From: a virus
Length of the DNA stretch: 64,000 bases
Reading direction: 5' to 3' (one strand)
IMG/VR virus record: IMGVR_UViG_3300043399_000509
Positions 1 through 11,000 of the stretch are shown piece by piece. The first letter of the stretch is position 1; every line of letters starts with the position of its first letter. The notes below the pieces were generated by a model. It was not told where the DNA came from and searched no databases. It saw only the letters and a list, made by a program, of their open reading frames with translations. A program made the position numbers and the translations under genes.

Positions 1-575
1 CTGTGGTGTTGGTATATAGTGCTGCCTGACCAACTGCTGTGTTATTGGTGCCTATGGTGTTGGAGAGCAGTGCTGCATAACCAACTGCTGTGTTATTGGT
101 GCCTGTGGTGTTGGTATATAGTGCTGCCTGACCAACTGCTGTGTTATTGGTGCCTATGGTGTTGGAGAGCAGTGCTGCATAACCAACTGCTGTGTTATTG
201 GTGCCTGTGGTGTTGGTATATAGTGCTGCATAACCAACTGCTGTGTTATTGGTGCCTGTGGTGTTGTTGGCTAGTACATTTGTGCCAACTGCTGTGTTAT
301 TGGTGCCTGTGGTGTTGGTATATAGTGCTGCCTGACCAACTGCTGTGTTATTGGTGCCTATGGTGTTGGAGAGCAGTGCTGCATAACCAACTGCTGTGTT
401 ATTGACGCCTGTGGTGTTGAAGTATAGTGCATTTAGACCAACTGCTGTGTTACGACCGCCTATGGTATTAAATCGTAGTGCTTGAAGACCAACTGCTGTG
501 TTTTCGGTGCCAGTGGTGTTAGCATTTAGTGCTGCATAACCAACTGCTGTGTTATTGACGCCAGTTGTATTACTA
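1..575 (-). repeat. 51-bp (17-aa) coding tandem repeat, about 11 copies
   Basis: ccaactgctgtgttattg core recurs every 51 nt. Confidence 0.95.
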
Positions 576-664
576 AACAATGAACCATTACCAGCCGCAA
601 AGTTTGATGTACCTCCACCACCTCCATAACTAACAACTGTTGTACCCTGAATCTTCAGTGCCAT
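1..664 (-). CDS. Tail fibre / beta-solenoid repeat protein (5' part; runs off the window start)
   Basis: ATG at 664 gives MALKIQGTTVVSYGGGGGTSNFAAGNG, then repeated GTNNTAVGxxALxxNTT units; no stop in window, so absent from the ORF track. Confidence 0.8.
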   Translation of the reverse strand, partial: MALKIQGTTVVSYGGGGGTSNFAAGNGSLFSNTTGVNNTAVGYAALNANTTGTENTAVGLQALRFNTIGGRNTAVGLNALYFNTTGVNNTAVGYAALLSNTIGTNNTAVGQAALYTNTTGTNNTAVGTNVLANNTTGTNNTAVGYAALYTNTTGTNNTAVGYAALLSNTIGTNNTAVGQAALYTNTTGTNNTAVGYAALLSNTIGTNNTAVGQAALYTNTT

Positions 665-682
665 TTTTGACTTTCCCTACTC

Positions 683-1381
683 TTATAGAACTCTTTTTGT
701 CCAGTTATAGAAATCACCAATCCATCGCTTCACACCTGTATGCCCAACATTGATAGATGGATCAATAAACACCTTACCACCATGATGCCGCCATGCCTCA
801 CAAAAGAAAATATCTTCTGAGCACAACTGACCATCCAAAATACCAACATTGAATACCATTTTTATTGGTTCGCTCTTATGAGGTTCTGTGTATTGTTCCG
901 AGTATTCCCAGGCTTTTTCAATAGCATCTTTACGAATACGCAGAAATCCTGTGCCTACTGCTGCAACTTCGACCAGACAGTTATGCAAACTCAAAGAGGC
1001 CTCATTGATAATCAGCCCTTCAGGTAGCACTTTGACTGCATACTGTTCCATATCAGACTTCTTTGGAATCGCAGCACCAACAACTTCTGCATCATGTGAA
1101 AGCAACTTGAAAAAGTCTTGTGGACTCCAATCAACATCACAGTCGATAAACACAAGATCATCAACCTTGGCGTCATAAGCTATTTTGAAAATATCATTGC
1201 GTGCTCGTTGAATCAGGGCATCATAAGACATATACAGAGGTAGCACATTGATACCATTGACCAGACCTAACTTGCAGGTTTCAGCCAAGGCATTGGCGTG
1301 CCAAACATTGACTGTACCATCATAGGATGGTGCAGCCAATAGTACAGTTCTCATACGAGGTGTTTTTTCATTATTTTCCAT
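683..1381 (-). CDS. GT-A fold glycosyltransferase-like protein
   Basis: IQRARN, FIDCD (DxD), GTGFLRI, SEDIFFC, GHTG motifs. Confidence 0.75.
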   Translation of the reverse strand: MENNEKTPRMRTVLLAAPSYDGTVNVWHANALAETCKLGLVNGINVLPLYMSYDALIQRARNDIFKIAYDAKVDDLVFIDCDVDWSPQDFFKLLSHDAEVVGAAIPKKSDMEQYAVKVLPEGLIINEASLSLHNCLVEVAAVGTGFLRIRKDAIEKAWEYSEQYTEPHKSEPIKMVFNVGILDGQLCSEDIFFCEAWRHHGGKVFIDPSINVGHTGVKRWIGDFYNWTKRVL

Positions 1382-1400
1382 AATACATCATCTCCAAATA

Positions 1401-1709
1401 TTAGTCTTCAAGGTCATTTAGATTGAAATCACCAACACGTTCTTCTGTTGGAGGTGAGTTATGTGCTTCCCAGTGAGCATCCCAGACTGCATCTGGTAGA
1501 TTGGACATAGCCAAAAGTTCGCTCTTGGTATAACCAGAAACAGGCTTGTTTAGATATTCAACATCTTCACTATGAGGATATGTACGAGACCAACCGTTTG
1601 AGTCAGCCTTATAGATTACTTCAAGGTCCCACTTTTTTACTACGCCGTCTGCGAGTCTTAGGGTTGGTTGGGCTTTCTTTAGTGTCTTGGTATAGGAATG
1701 TTTTGCCAT
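1401..1709 (-). CDS. Hypothetical tail-fibre-associated protein
   Basis: 102-aa ORF with GGAG RBS in the fibre operon. Confidence 0.65.
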   Translation of the reverse strand: MAKHSYTKTLKKAQPTLRLADGVVKKWDLEVIYKADSNGWSRTYPHSEDVEYLNKPVSGYTKSELLAMSNLPDAVWDAHWEAHNSPPTEERVGDFNLNDLED

Positions 1710-2361
1710 CTTCGACTCCTTTTAGGTTACTAGGCAATGATTTTTTTAGTGTAATAACTTCTTTCTGTAGGCTATTGACAGAATCAATAAGCAATGCTAT
1801 TAGTTGTATATAGGAAACTGACTTGACACCCGAGCCATTTGTTGCTACGATTTCAGGTAAAATCTGTTCTATTTCTTGTGCAAGGACACCATACGACTTG
1901 GCTCCATTGGACTTCCAATAAAATGATACCGGATTTATTTTGGAAAGAATCTCTTGTGAGTTTGATATTGTGTCAATATTTTCCTTGAGTGATGCATCTG
2001 ATACAGAGTTGAAATCTGTGGCTGTGACTGTGCCAGATACTGAAATGGCTGCACCAAAAGAACCACCCAGAGAAGCAGACACAGTATCAGCAACCGAGAA
2101 GACACCATATGCTACAATCTCAATAATGTCATTGAGTTGGGCTGGAGAAGTTAGTGTCACTGATGTCTTGGTTGTGGCTGTATAATCTTCCTCATTTTGA
2201 AGTAGAGCACCATTGAGGTATACATCCACATACTTACCATCCTGGTACTTCAGGTTGATGCCTGTAATGTCAGCACCAGAAAAAACGGTTTGCCCTGCTG
2301 TGGCATTGTAGTAGTATCTTTGACGAATATTTTGTTGTGGACTATTACCTAAGTATGCCAT
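1621..2361 (-). CDS. Tail fibre protein with C-terminal peptidase S74 intramolecular chaperone domain
   Basis: SDASLKENI...GVLAQEIEQILPEIV...VSY motif; MAYLG N-terminus. Confidence 0.8.
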   Translation of the reverse strand: MAYLGNSPQQNIRQRYYYNATAGQTVFSGADITGINLKYQDGKYVDVYLNGALLQNEEDYTATTKTSVTLTSPAQLNDIIEIVAYGVFSVADTVSASLGGSFGAAISVSGTVTATDFNSVSDASLKENIDTISNSQEILSKINPVSFYWKSNGAKSYGVLAQEIEQILPEIVATNGSGVKSVSYIQLIALLIDSVNSLQKEVITLKKSLPSNLKGVEDGKTFLYQDTKESPTNPKTRRRRSKKVGP

Positions 2362-2380
2362 TCTTTATTGGTCCTGTTTG

Positions 2381-2815
2381 TTATCGTGTGGATGCATCTC
2401 TGAAGAACTGGTCAATATCATCAGATGTTGCACCAGATGCAGTCATAATCTGGTTTAGTAGTGGGTTAGAGCGGAGATAGGTATCAGCAGCAAAATCGGT
2501 CTCAGCGATGATTTTGTTGGTTTCAGTCATTGTAGAAAATATTTGTTGAACCATTGCTGGTGGTATTCCAGTACGAGTCATATCCAGTGCTTCTTGGGCT
2601 GCAATAAGGTTGCGTTCTCTTAGTTCAATAGCACATTGGCGTCTGGTGATTGACTGTGGTACAGGAGGTGGTGGCGGAACATAAGGTTCGGGTGTGTTAC
2701 CTTCAGCCAGCCATTGAAGGTATTCCTGATAGTCTCGGTTACCGCCATCAAAAGGAATAAAGGCATTGTCGATTGTACGATGTACTGTGGTTGGTGATTG
2801 TGTTAGTTTGTACAT
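2381..2815 (-). CDS. Tail fibre assembly-like protein
   Basis: IPFDGGNRDYQEYLQWLAEGNTPEP and ITRRQ motifs; position between fibre genes. Confidence 0.65.
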   Translation of the reverse strand: MYKLTQSPTTVHRTIDNAFIPFDGGNRDYQEYLQWLAEGNTPEPYVPPPPPVPQSITRRQCAIELRERNLIAAQEALDMTRTGIPPAMVQQIFSTMTETNKIIAETDFAADTYLRSNPLLNQIMTASGATSDDIDQFFRDASTR

Positions 2816-2828
2816 TGATTATTCCTTG

Positions 2829-4313
2829 TTATAGTTCCGCTGATGCCACAACATGAATGACAGGAGTAAGAGTTGTACCTGCTGTAGTAGCACTTGCTAA
2901 ATACATTGATGTATCTGATGCAGCGGGTGTTGATGGATCATAAACTGTATTAACACCGAAAGCATCTTTCCAAAATCCAGATGTTCCTGTGCCTACATTA
3001 TATAGTGTTATTGTCGGGGCTGCTCTCATTGCTACTGGATATTGCCATCGAGTGGACAATGCAGTACCGGTAGAAAATGTCCCTGTTCTTTCAATGATAC
3101 ATCCAGTTACTCCTCTATTATCACCCGGTGCTGTACTTAAAGGAAAAGTTTTACAAAAATATCGTTGACACAACTGCAACTCTGTTCCCAGTGGTCGCAC
3201 CTCAAATGGTGTTGCTACTGAACCAGCCTCAAGTTGAACCTGTGCAATATCAAAGGTGCCAGATTGTTGCCCCAATGAGTTTGTACGAGAGTTATAGGTA
3301 GACCCAGCATCAAACCATAAAAGTATAGTTAATATATCATTATTATCTGTACCTAATGTTTTACCAGAGATTGATGGAATATTGACCGGTATCGTAAACT
3401 TTTTCCAAGAGGTTGTAAGAGCACATGTCGTAACACCAATAGCATTTACGCCAGATGATGGTGAGCCACCTGTACCAAAAGACTGTTGAAACTCAACAGC
3501 AATATTTTTAGAGGCATCTGCTTTTGCCCAAAAAGATAATATTGCTGTTTGTCCTGCTAATGTTCGGACAGATTCGATATTTTGTCGCAAATCACATCTA
3601 TTTGAAGCACCAGCAGAAGACGTTACTATTGTCCGATGAAAGTAAGTTGGTTCATTTGGTACATCTGTTTGCCCAAGTGTAAATGCCTGACGAGACACAT
3701 TAGCGGTTGAACCGACACGAAAATGTAGCCATCTATCCGCAAGATACTGTCCAGTAGCAATACTTGTATTGCTCGTACCACGCTGCCAATAATCAAAGTT
3801 ACCATTGATGACTTTATTGCGGAAGGACTGGACTGGTGAAATATATCCACCATTGACTGAAATACTGTTGTCGTTGATGATTACAGTTCCTGTACCGACA
3901 GTAAGATTACCAGACACACTCACATTACCTGTGACTGTCAGTGCTTGTGAAGGTGATGTATTATTGATACCGATTCGGTTGTTTGTGCTGTCAATATATA
4001 GAGTACCAGAATCAAAGTTATAATGACCTTTGCTATCCTGCTCTGGTATAATAGACAATGTTCGTTCAGCTTTACTTTGATACACAACATAGAAACTATC
4101 ATTGGCTGTTACAACACCCGTCATATTCAGTGTGGTGCCAAATGTTGTGTACGCATTGCCCGGTTCCTGCCGAACATTATTGACATAGACTTCAATCTCT
4201 TGCTCATTGCCGACAGGATTATTCAGAGTATAGGTTGTGCCATCATTACCAGTTATGGTCTGCTTTTCAATCTTTGAGTAACCAACCGCTGGTGTTGTGC
4301 CTAAGTATGCCAT
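2829..4313 (-). CDS. Tail fibre protein
   Basis: RNKVINGNFDYWQRG...ADRW...VQLEAGSVATPFE...ELQLCQRYF fibre module. Confidence 0.8.
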   Translation of the reverse strand: MAYLGTTPAVGYSKIEKQTITGNDGTTYTLNNPVGNEQEIEVYVNNVRQEPGNAYTTFGTTLNMTGVVTANDSFYVVYQSKAERTLSIIPEQDSKGHYNFDSGTLYIDSTNNRIGINNTSPSQALTVTGNVSVSGNLTVGTGTVIINDNSISVNGGYISPVQSFRNKVINGNFDYWQRGTSNTSIATGQYLADRWLHFRVGSTANVSRQAFTLGQTDVPNEPTYFHRTIVTSSAGASNRCDLRQNIESVRTLAGQTAILSFWAKADASKNIAVEFQQSFGTGGSPSSGVNAIGVTTCALTTSWKKFTIPVNIPSISGKTLGTDNNDILTILLWFDAGSTYNSRTNSLGQQSGTFDIAQVQLEAGSVATPFEVRPLGTELQLCQRYFCKTFPLSTAPGDNRGVTGCIIERTGTFSTGTALSTRWQYPVAMRAAPTITLYNVGTGTSGFWKDAFGVNTVYDPSTPAASDTSMYLASATTAGTTLTPVIHVVASAEL

Positions 4314-4315
4314 GT

Positions 4316-4648
4316 TTAGGTAATCTCCAGTACGCTCATTACAACATCAGCAGAGTTTGCTGTGTCTGATTTTATCAATAGACGGTCAGTTGGTTCCATA
4401 ACAACCTTTTGATCACCACCAACCAACACAATCGATCCACCAGAAGGCACTGGTGCTTCTTTGACAAGGTGTGTATTACTTGTTCCTGCATTCAGGACCA
4501 CATCAACCAGAATCTGGGATGAAATCTTATTGGCTACAGTCAACCCAATGACTGTGACTTGTGTAGCCGCATTGACTGAATAGTTGCCCACCACACTAAA
4601 GGTGTTGCTGACATTCTGTGAAAGTTTTCTACTAAAACTATTTGGCAT
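4316..4648 (-). CDS. Small virion structural protein
   Basis: TVIGLTVAN...GGDQKVV...SVLEIT; tight operon packing. Confidence 0.6.
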   Translation of the reverse strand: MPNSFSRKLSQNVSNTFSVVGNYSVNAATQVTVIGLTVANKISSQILVDVVLNAGTSNTHLVKEAPVPSGGSIVLVGGDQKVVMEPTDRLLIKSDTANSADVVMSVLEIT

Positions 4649-4658
4649 GGTATTCCTT

Positions 4659-5345
4659 CTATCCTAAAGCAATGGCAAAAGCAAGGGCTTCTGATCTGGC
4701 GGTATTTGCTGTATCAAAAGCAGCATTTATTGGTGATGTAGCAATATAGTTATTTATAATAGATACAGCGACAGTATTTACAGTATTTGTAAACTCTGCA
4801 TTTGATGACAAAATATTTGCCACTTCCTGCGATACATTGGCTGTAAAAGTAATAATGTTCGATTCAGCATTTGATGCCTTATATAGTGCAATCGTAGCAT
4901 TTGATTCGGCATTGGCAGAGTTATAAATGGCAATAGTTGCATTAGATTCGGCATTTGCGGATCGTGAGACGGCTAAAAGCGAGTTGGCCAGTGCCAGAGT
5001 GGCATTAGATTGGGCATTGGCTGATTGTGATCGAGCAATCGTAGCATTAGATTCGGCATTAGCAGACTGAATGTTGGCAGTATTGGCAATATTATAAATG
5101 CCATTGACTGTGTTATAGACTTCACCAAGCAGAATGTTTGTTGAGTTGGCAATAGTCTCAATAACAAGTGTGTTTGAGGCTAAAACTCCAGCCGCCACAT
5201 TAGCAGCATCTTGTGTAACACTATTTGCTTTATTGAATGATGCAACAGCCAGTGTATTGGTTTCTTCATATACACCAATCAACTGGTTTGTGGTCGTTCG
5301 CCATTCATCAAATGTGTTGAGAAGTGTTACATTAGCAATAGCCAT
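4659..5345 (-). CDS. Coiled-coil fibre protein with 14-aa SANAESNAT repeats
   Basis: NTFDEWR N-terminus, ALAFAIALG C-terminus, internal repeats. Confidence 0.65.
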   Translation of the reverse strand: MAIANVTLLNTFDEWRTTTNQLIGVYEETNTLAVASFNKANSVTQDAANVAAGVLASNTLVIETIANSTNILLGEVYNTVNGIYNIANTANIQSANAESNATIARSQSANAQSNATLALANSLLAVSRSANAESNATIAIYNSANAESNATIALYKASNAESNIITFTANVSQEVANILSSNAEFTNTVNTVAVSIINNYIATSPINAAFDTANTARSEALAFAIALG

Positions 5346-5346
5346 A

Positions 5347-5583
5347 TTACTTTACCAGTCCTTTGAGAAGTTCTTTTATTTCGGCAATATCTTTTTTGAG
5401 TTCATCAACTTCCTGTAGTCTTGCCATTACTATATTTATTTCCTCTTTAGCTGCTCTCACAGATGAAAATGCAGCTTTTCTCGCTTTATATTCATCCAAT
5501 CCTCTTTTATTTACATTTATTATCGCTCCGGTTTCGGAGTCTTTCATAATATCATCTCGATCTTTTACTTTTATTAGACTCAT
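5347..5583 (-). CDS. Conserved hypothetical protein
   Basis: KDSETGAIIN...IAEIKELL, commonly downstream of DUF4815 genes. Confidence 0.6.
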   Translation of the reverse strand: MSLIKVKDRDDIMKDSETGAIINVNKRGLDEYKARKAAFSSVRAAKEEINIVMARLQEVDELKKDIAEIKELLKGLVK

Positions 5584-5584
5584 T

Positions 5585-8083
5585 TTAGAATATATCCGCT
5601 GGTAAGGCTATTGCTCTGATATCATACAAAAGTGGCACATCTTGGAATAGAGTGCTGGATGAAGCAAGAACAATCTTGACCTTGAACTGATTGAAAGTTT
5701 TATAAGTGGCATTGCTTGTGGTATAAGTAACTGCATTTGATGTTAGTGATGGTCTGAACTCATACTCAATGGTTTCGCTGTTTGTTGAAAACTTGAGTTC
5801 ATTACCTTTTTGAATCATTTTTACCCAGTTTTTATCATCAATAGAATCCGGGTCAAGTGAGTTCTTCACCTTGAAATATACTTGAACATTAGAACTTTGT
5901 GGTCTGACAGCAGTTACATAAACTCTCAAATCACCAGCATCAAAACCATCTTGCAAAGTGACTGTCTTGCCTACATATTTGGCAATACCAGGACCACCAG
6001 ATGGATCGGTTTCAGAAGAAACAAGAACTGAACCACCAACACCAGAGTTTGCAGTTAGTGTGGTGGTTACTCCACTAAAATAACCAGAACCTGGAGCATC
6101 AATAACAACTCTGATAATAGAACCATTAGCATCAGATACCACAAAACCATTGGCTGTTACTCCAGTATCAGAACTTGAGAATGTCAGAGACGTATTGGTA
6201 TTATAGTATCCAGTACCAGCATTAGCTACTGTAATCAGTGTATTGCTGATTTCCATATTGTTGATGATGTCTTTTACAACCACAAGATTTTGTCTATTAT
6301 AAAAAATGACAGGAGAAACGTCTGGATTTGTTGTGGATAGCTGTGTCTGCACATTGAATGATGGTGCATATTCAGGACCAAATAGTTCTTTTCTTTCATC
6401 CAACAAAGTATTCTTTTCTGGTACAAACTCACTATAAGTTACATCCATTGTCTTTGATGTATTTGATGTAGCCCTATACAAGAAGTTTACTTTAGTACCA
6501 GGAATCTCAACAAAATCAGACTGATAGTTGAAGAAATCAAAGTTGGCATTAGATGCATATGATGAGTTGGCTCCATAGGGAAGGCGACTATTTGCATCTT
6601 TACGATCACTAAAAACAATCTGACCTGAGTTTGTAAAGACACATTTATTTATCTTGAACATTACATCTTCATTCTGTAGAGCAGTGAATGTTCGACCAGA
6701 CTGAGACTTGAACATCGAACCAAGATATGGTTGTTCAGATACCCAACGATTAGTTCCAACCTGTGTCTGACCAACTTCAGATACCCATAAATCATAGCCA
6801 TAATCATTTGTAAGAATGACAAATGCATATTCTTGGTCGGGTGAAACATAGACTGGTGAAGGAAATGTGAATCGAGTAGCAGTCATGACATTATCTGTAT
6901 TAGGTAAAGTAGATACCTTGACTTGCTCTGGTAGTAATGTTGCTTCAGCATAAGGTAAAACTGTTTCGGAATCTGGATAACCTTCAACCATAGGTCTAAT
7001 CTGTACCTGAACTGGTAGGTTTTCACCTCTGTTTCTGAAATAAAGGTCAATAGAAGGAATAAAGAAACCTTCTTTGTAGGTGTTACCATCAACAAAGAAT
7101 GATTGGGCAATAGGGTCAAAAACAGTGGCTGAAACAGTCACAACATTTGTGGTTGTAACACGATTAATAATCTGTGTTTGTTCAACCAAAAGACCGTTTG
7201 TTGTATAACGATAATCAGCACGACAGGTATATGCTTTATCACCATCAGTTGTGACCAACTGATTGAGTGGGTTATCCAGTATTCTAAAGATTCTGTCACC
7301 TGTTCTAAATGCATATGTGGTGTTGGCATTTGGGTCTGGTAAATGAAGTGTACCAGAAATAAATCCACGGTCTGTTGTGTAATGTCTTGGTCTAATGCTT
7401 GAGGCATAGTTTCTTCTGATATCACCTATAGAATAGTTATCATTTCTGTTTGGTGATACAGTAAGAGCAGGACTCAATGTTGCTGCTCGGGTAGTACCGT
7501 TATAAGAAATAATATTTGCTGATTGACCAGCAGCGGGACCAGTAACAACAGTAATGACATTACCAGAATAATAGTTGTTTGTTGGGCTGGCATCTCTGGA
7601 CAAAGTAATACTTGTGGTGTTGGCGTTTGCAACCAGACCAGAAAAATGTTGATAAGATACGACGTTACCACGAAGATTGGTTAGAACACCAATAACACTA
7701 TTACCAACTCCAACGTTGGATGTTGGATTTCTCACATCACTGATGTAAAGACGTGTGTTTCCATTTGTAGGGTGAGTTTCATTCAACAGAACCTTGGCTC
7801 GTCCACCAGCAATACGCACATCTTCTCTTGGTGCATTGAATAACATGTCACCAAAGTTTTTCTGTGTATCCAAAATGATGATATTGGGTCTGGATATAAA
7901 CTGGTCCATATTTTTATCATCAAAGTAGTACCAAACTTCACGATTAGGTCTTAGATTGTAACCAACAAAGTCAACATCCGATTCTCTAATAAAAGGAATC
8001 ACAGAAACATCAGTTTCAAGTGGACCTACTTTGTCAACCGTATCTGTTGTGCTAAACTGATATGAAAGTGGTGATAATGCCAT
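5585..8083 (-). CDS. DUF4815/VrlC-like virion protein, C-terminal part
   Basis: DPIAQSF, QPYLGSMFKSQ, DIRAIAL motifs. Confidence 0.75.
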   Translation of the reverse strand: MALSPLSYQFSTTDTVDKVGPLETDVSVIPFIRESDVDFVGYNLRPNREVWYYFDDKNMDQFISRPNIIILDTQKNFGDMLFNAPREDVRIAGGRAKVLLNETHPTNGNTRLYISDVRNPTSNVGVGNSVIGVLTNLRGNVVSYQHFSGLVANANTTSITLSRDASPTNNYYSGNVITVVTGPAAGQSANIISYNGTTRAATLSPALTVSPNRNDNYSIGDIRRNYASSIRPRHYTTDRGFISGTLHLPDPNANTTYAFRTGDRIFRILDNPLNQLVTTDGDKAYTCRADYRYTTNGLLVEQTQIINRVTTTNVVTVSATVFDPIAQSFFVDGNTYKEGFFIPSIDLYFRNRGENLPVQVQIRPMVEGYPDSETVLPYAEATLLPEQVKVSTLPNTDNVMTATRFTFPSPVYVSPDQEYAFVILTNDYGYDLWVSEVGQTQVGTNRWVSEQPYLGSMFKSQSGRTFTALQNEDVMFKINKCVFTNSGQIVFSDRKDANSRLPYGANSSYASNANFDFFNYQSDFVEIPGTKVNFLYRATSNTSKTMDVTYSEFVPEKNTLLDERKELFGPEYAPSFNVQTQLSTTNPDVSPVIFYNRQNLVVVKDIINNMEISNTLITVANAGTGYYNTNTSLTFSSSDTGVTANGFVVSDANGSIIRVVIDAPGSGYFSGVTTTLTANSGVGGSVLVSSETDPSGGPGIAKYVGKTVTLQDGFDAGDLRVYVTAVRPQSSNVQVYFKVKNSLDPDSIDDKNWVKMIQKGNELKFSTNSETIEYEFRPSLTSNAVTYTTSNATYKTFNQFKVKIVLASSSTLFQDVPLLYDIRAIALPADIF

Positions 8084-8096
8084 GTTCTAACGTATC

Positions 8097-11000
8097 CTAC
8101 AATAATGCGTTCAAGTTATTTATCTGTCTTGTGTTGAGGAATCTTTCATCCCCACGAAGACCAAAAGTCTGAAGCCCTCTGTCATTCACCTGTTGGTTTG
8201 ATCCACCTACACCAGTACCAAATGTTCTTGCCCAGTTATTGAGAACATCAATAGGTGCCATACCACCATTTAGTTGTTTTTGTTCCAAGTCTCTTTGTGG
8301 TGGAGTAATAAATCTCCGAAGATTAACCTCATTGACAATATTGATTTGATTGATAACAATATTTCTTGTGGTTTCTTTCCAAATATCAGCATCAGGAACA
8401 GTTAGAATATTACCTTCGAATGATGCAAACAGAAGGTCTGCAACAGGAGTAAACTTTGTGGCTGTATTTTGTGTAATGGCTGGTGCAACAGTGTAGTTCA
8501 ATGTGACAATATCTGTGCCAAACTTGACACCAGTTGATCCTGCTATGTCTGGATCAACATATACACCCTTACAAGCAAACAGGTTTGTGGCCACCCCATC
8601 ACCAGACCAACGACCATTGATGTCAGTGGCAATGGCGTAATCGGGTGAATCAACATCACCCAAAGCATGACCAATGAAACTATCCACAAAAATACCATTT
8701 TTGGTTCTATCCAATCCATCAACATCTGTGATTTGTAGGTCAAGTGTGTTTTTTTCTAGGGTATTCAGGTTTGTATAATATTCAATATTCTCAATGCGTT
8801 TTTCAAGCAAACCAATATCACGCATGGTATATCTTTTATTTTCAACAAATCGCACCGACACATTTGCTGGATATGATGTATATGGTGGAATGTCCAACAC
8901 ATGTAGAACCATTGACCGAGTTGGTGCAGTTGGATTTTGAGGAAACTTATTAGGAATACCTTGAATATGTTCTATTGTTTTATTTGCAGAAACAGCAATC
9001 AAATCTCTACGACCAAGATAGTATTCATAATCAGTATTGAAGTCTGTGGCTGGAATAGGAATCTTTATTCCACCAAGAGTATATGTCAGAGCATTATTAG
9101 AAGCATTTCTTCTGACAGGTCGATAATCAATACAATCTCGAAGATTATTTTCTTTATAAGAAGGAATAATGGCATATCCTGTTCCAAGATTTACACCTTC
9201 CTCAGTAATATTTGTTGTAAGACTTGGATATGAATCTACTGAGAAGTAACCACTATCGGTTGTTGTCTTATAATATCGACAACAAACAACAAGAGGACCT
9301 ACTGGTGGTGCATTGCCAGGGATCAATCGAATACTGGCGTGGTCATAGTAAGCATCTTTTTGACCATTATCAAATGAATATCTGCCAGTTACATCAGTAT
9401 AAGATATCAGACTCATTCCTGCTGTTGGTTCTGTGCCATTGAGGTCATAAATCTTTTTTATAGCGAGTACATCGGAAAGAAAAAGACTTTCTCTTTGGTT
9501 GGCTCTCTTTGATGGGTTTCTGATAACAACCTGTCCTGCATCAACATAAACACTTGTGTTGGAACCTGTTGAGTTCAGGAATGTGTTAGCAGCAGATTCT
9601 GATGTAAAAATAGTTGTATTGGCTGGAACAAAAGTCTTTACTCGTGCTGTTGCTGCTGTACCAGAAACATCCATTTTAGCATAAACGGTGGCGGTTAAAG
9701 TATCACTTGAACTACCTGTATCCAAGGTTGCTTGTTCGGGTGGTCCAGCCGAGACTGAAGTTGTGACCTTGAGTTGTTCACCAACAGCACGACCTGATGC
9801 AGAAGGATTTGTAACAATAACCAAGAAGTTATCAGTTACTGTGGATGCAACATTTGATGATGAAGACGCACCTTCAAATCCTTCATCAGTGCCAGCAGTG
9901 ATAGTTGCACTACCGCTTGTAAATGATACAGAGGTGAAGGTTCTTCTATACATCCAGGATTGGTCGGCTAAACTATTTTCAACAATAAATGTTTCTGGTA
10001 TCTTGAAGACAAGAGAAGATAGTGAGGGTTCAAAGATAAATGTAGAGCCATTAGCCTGACCATTATCCTTGTTTAGAACAGTAATAGATGCGTTGGCGTT
10101 TGATGTGGCACCGGATGTAAACGCACTTCGTGTAAATGATTCTGCTTCAGCAAAATCAAAGTCTAATGAATAAACTGTATTACCTAATGGAGTTTTTGAA
10201 AATGGTGAAGAAACATTAGCTAGTCTTGTTGCACCATTATATGAAATGATTGTTCTTTGGTCACCAGCAGATGGTCCTGTTGTGATACGTATGGTAGCAC
10301 CAACATAGGCATCATTATTAGAAGATGTGGCAGTTGAGAATAGATTGATTGTTGAAGTTGTGCTACCTGTAGCATTAGCATTTCCTGTAATGGAAGAAAA
10401 GTTCACATCAAAAATATAAAACTCAAACTTACGATCAGGTACACTAGTATCACCAGAGAAAAACTCAATATCCCTAACTCTTGCGGTACCGATCTTTGTT
10501 GTATTATATGTTGTGCTACTTGTTCTGTTTACAAACTGTGCAGGAATACAGTGAATATCAACAAGACCCATAGTAGAAAGCGGGAAATCACCATTCAGAT
10601 TATCTACAATGACATAGTTACCAAAGTTTGTATTCAGATTATAGTTTGTAACATTAGCCTTTGTTCTGGCCTTTGGAATCTCAATGAATGTAGGTGCGAT
10701 AGACTCAAACTCAAAACCAAGAATATAGCCTTTACCTTCTGATATAACCGCTTGAAAGTTATTGGCTGTATCAACAGTACTATCTAAAAGAGCAAGTCTG
10801 AATGGACGTACTGTATAGTTACCAGACTCATCAAATGTTCGGCGGGCAAAGACTTCTTCAATCTCTGAATAAACAGGAACTATAACATTTTTTCTTTGTA
10901 CACCATTCTCAAACCGTGTAATCTCAATAAACTTTTCATCATCGATGGAGTCCAACTCACGACGGGCAAGAACCAAATCGGCTTTATATCGAGAAGCACC

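Noticed and set aside
19-405. Cys/Trp-rich plus-strand ORF
   Set aside because: Antisense shadow of the 51-bp fibre repeat
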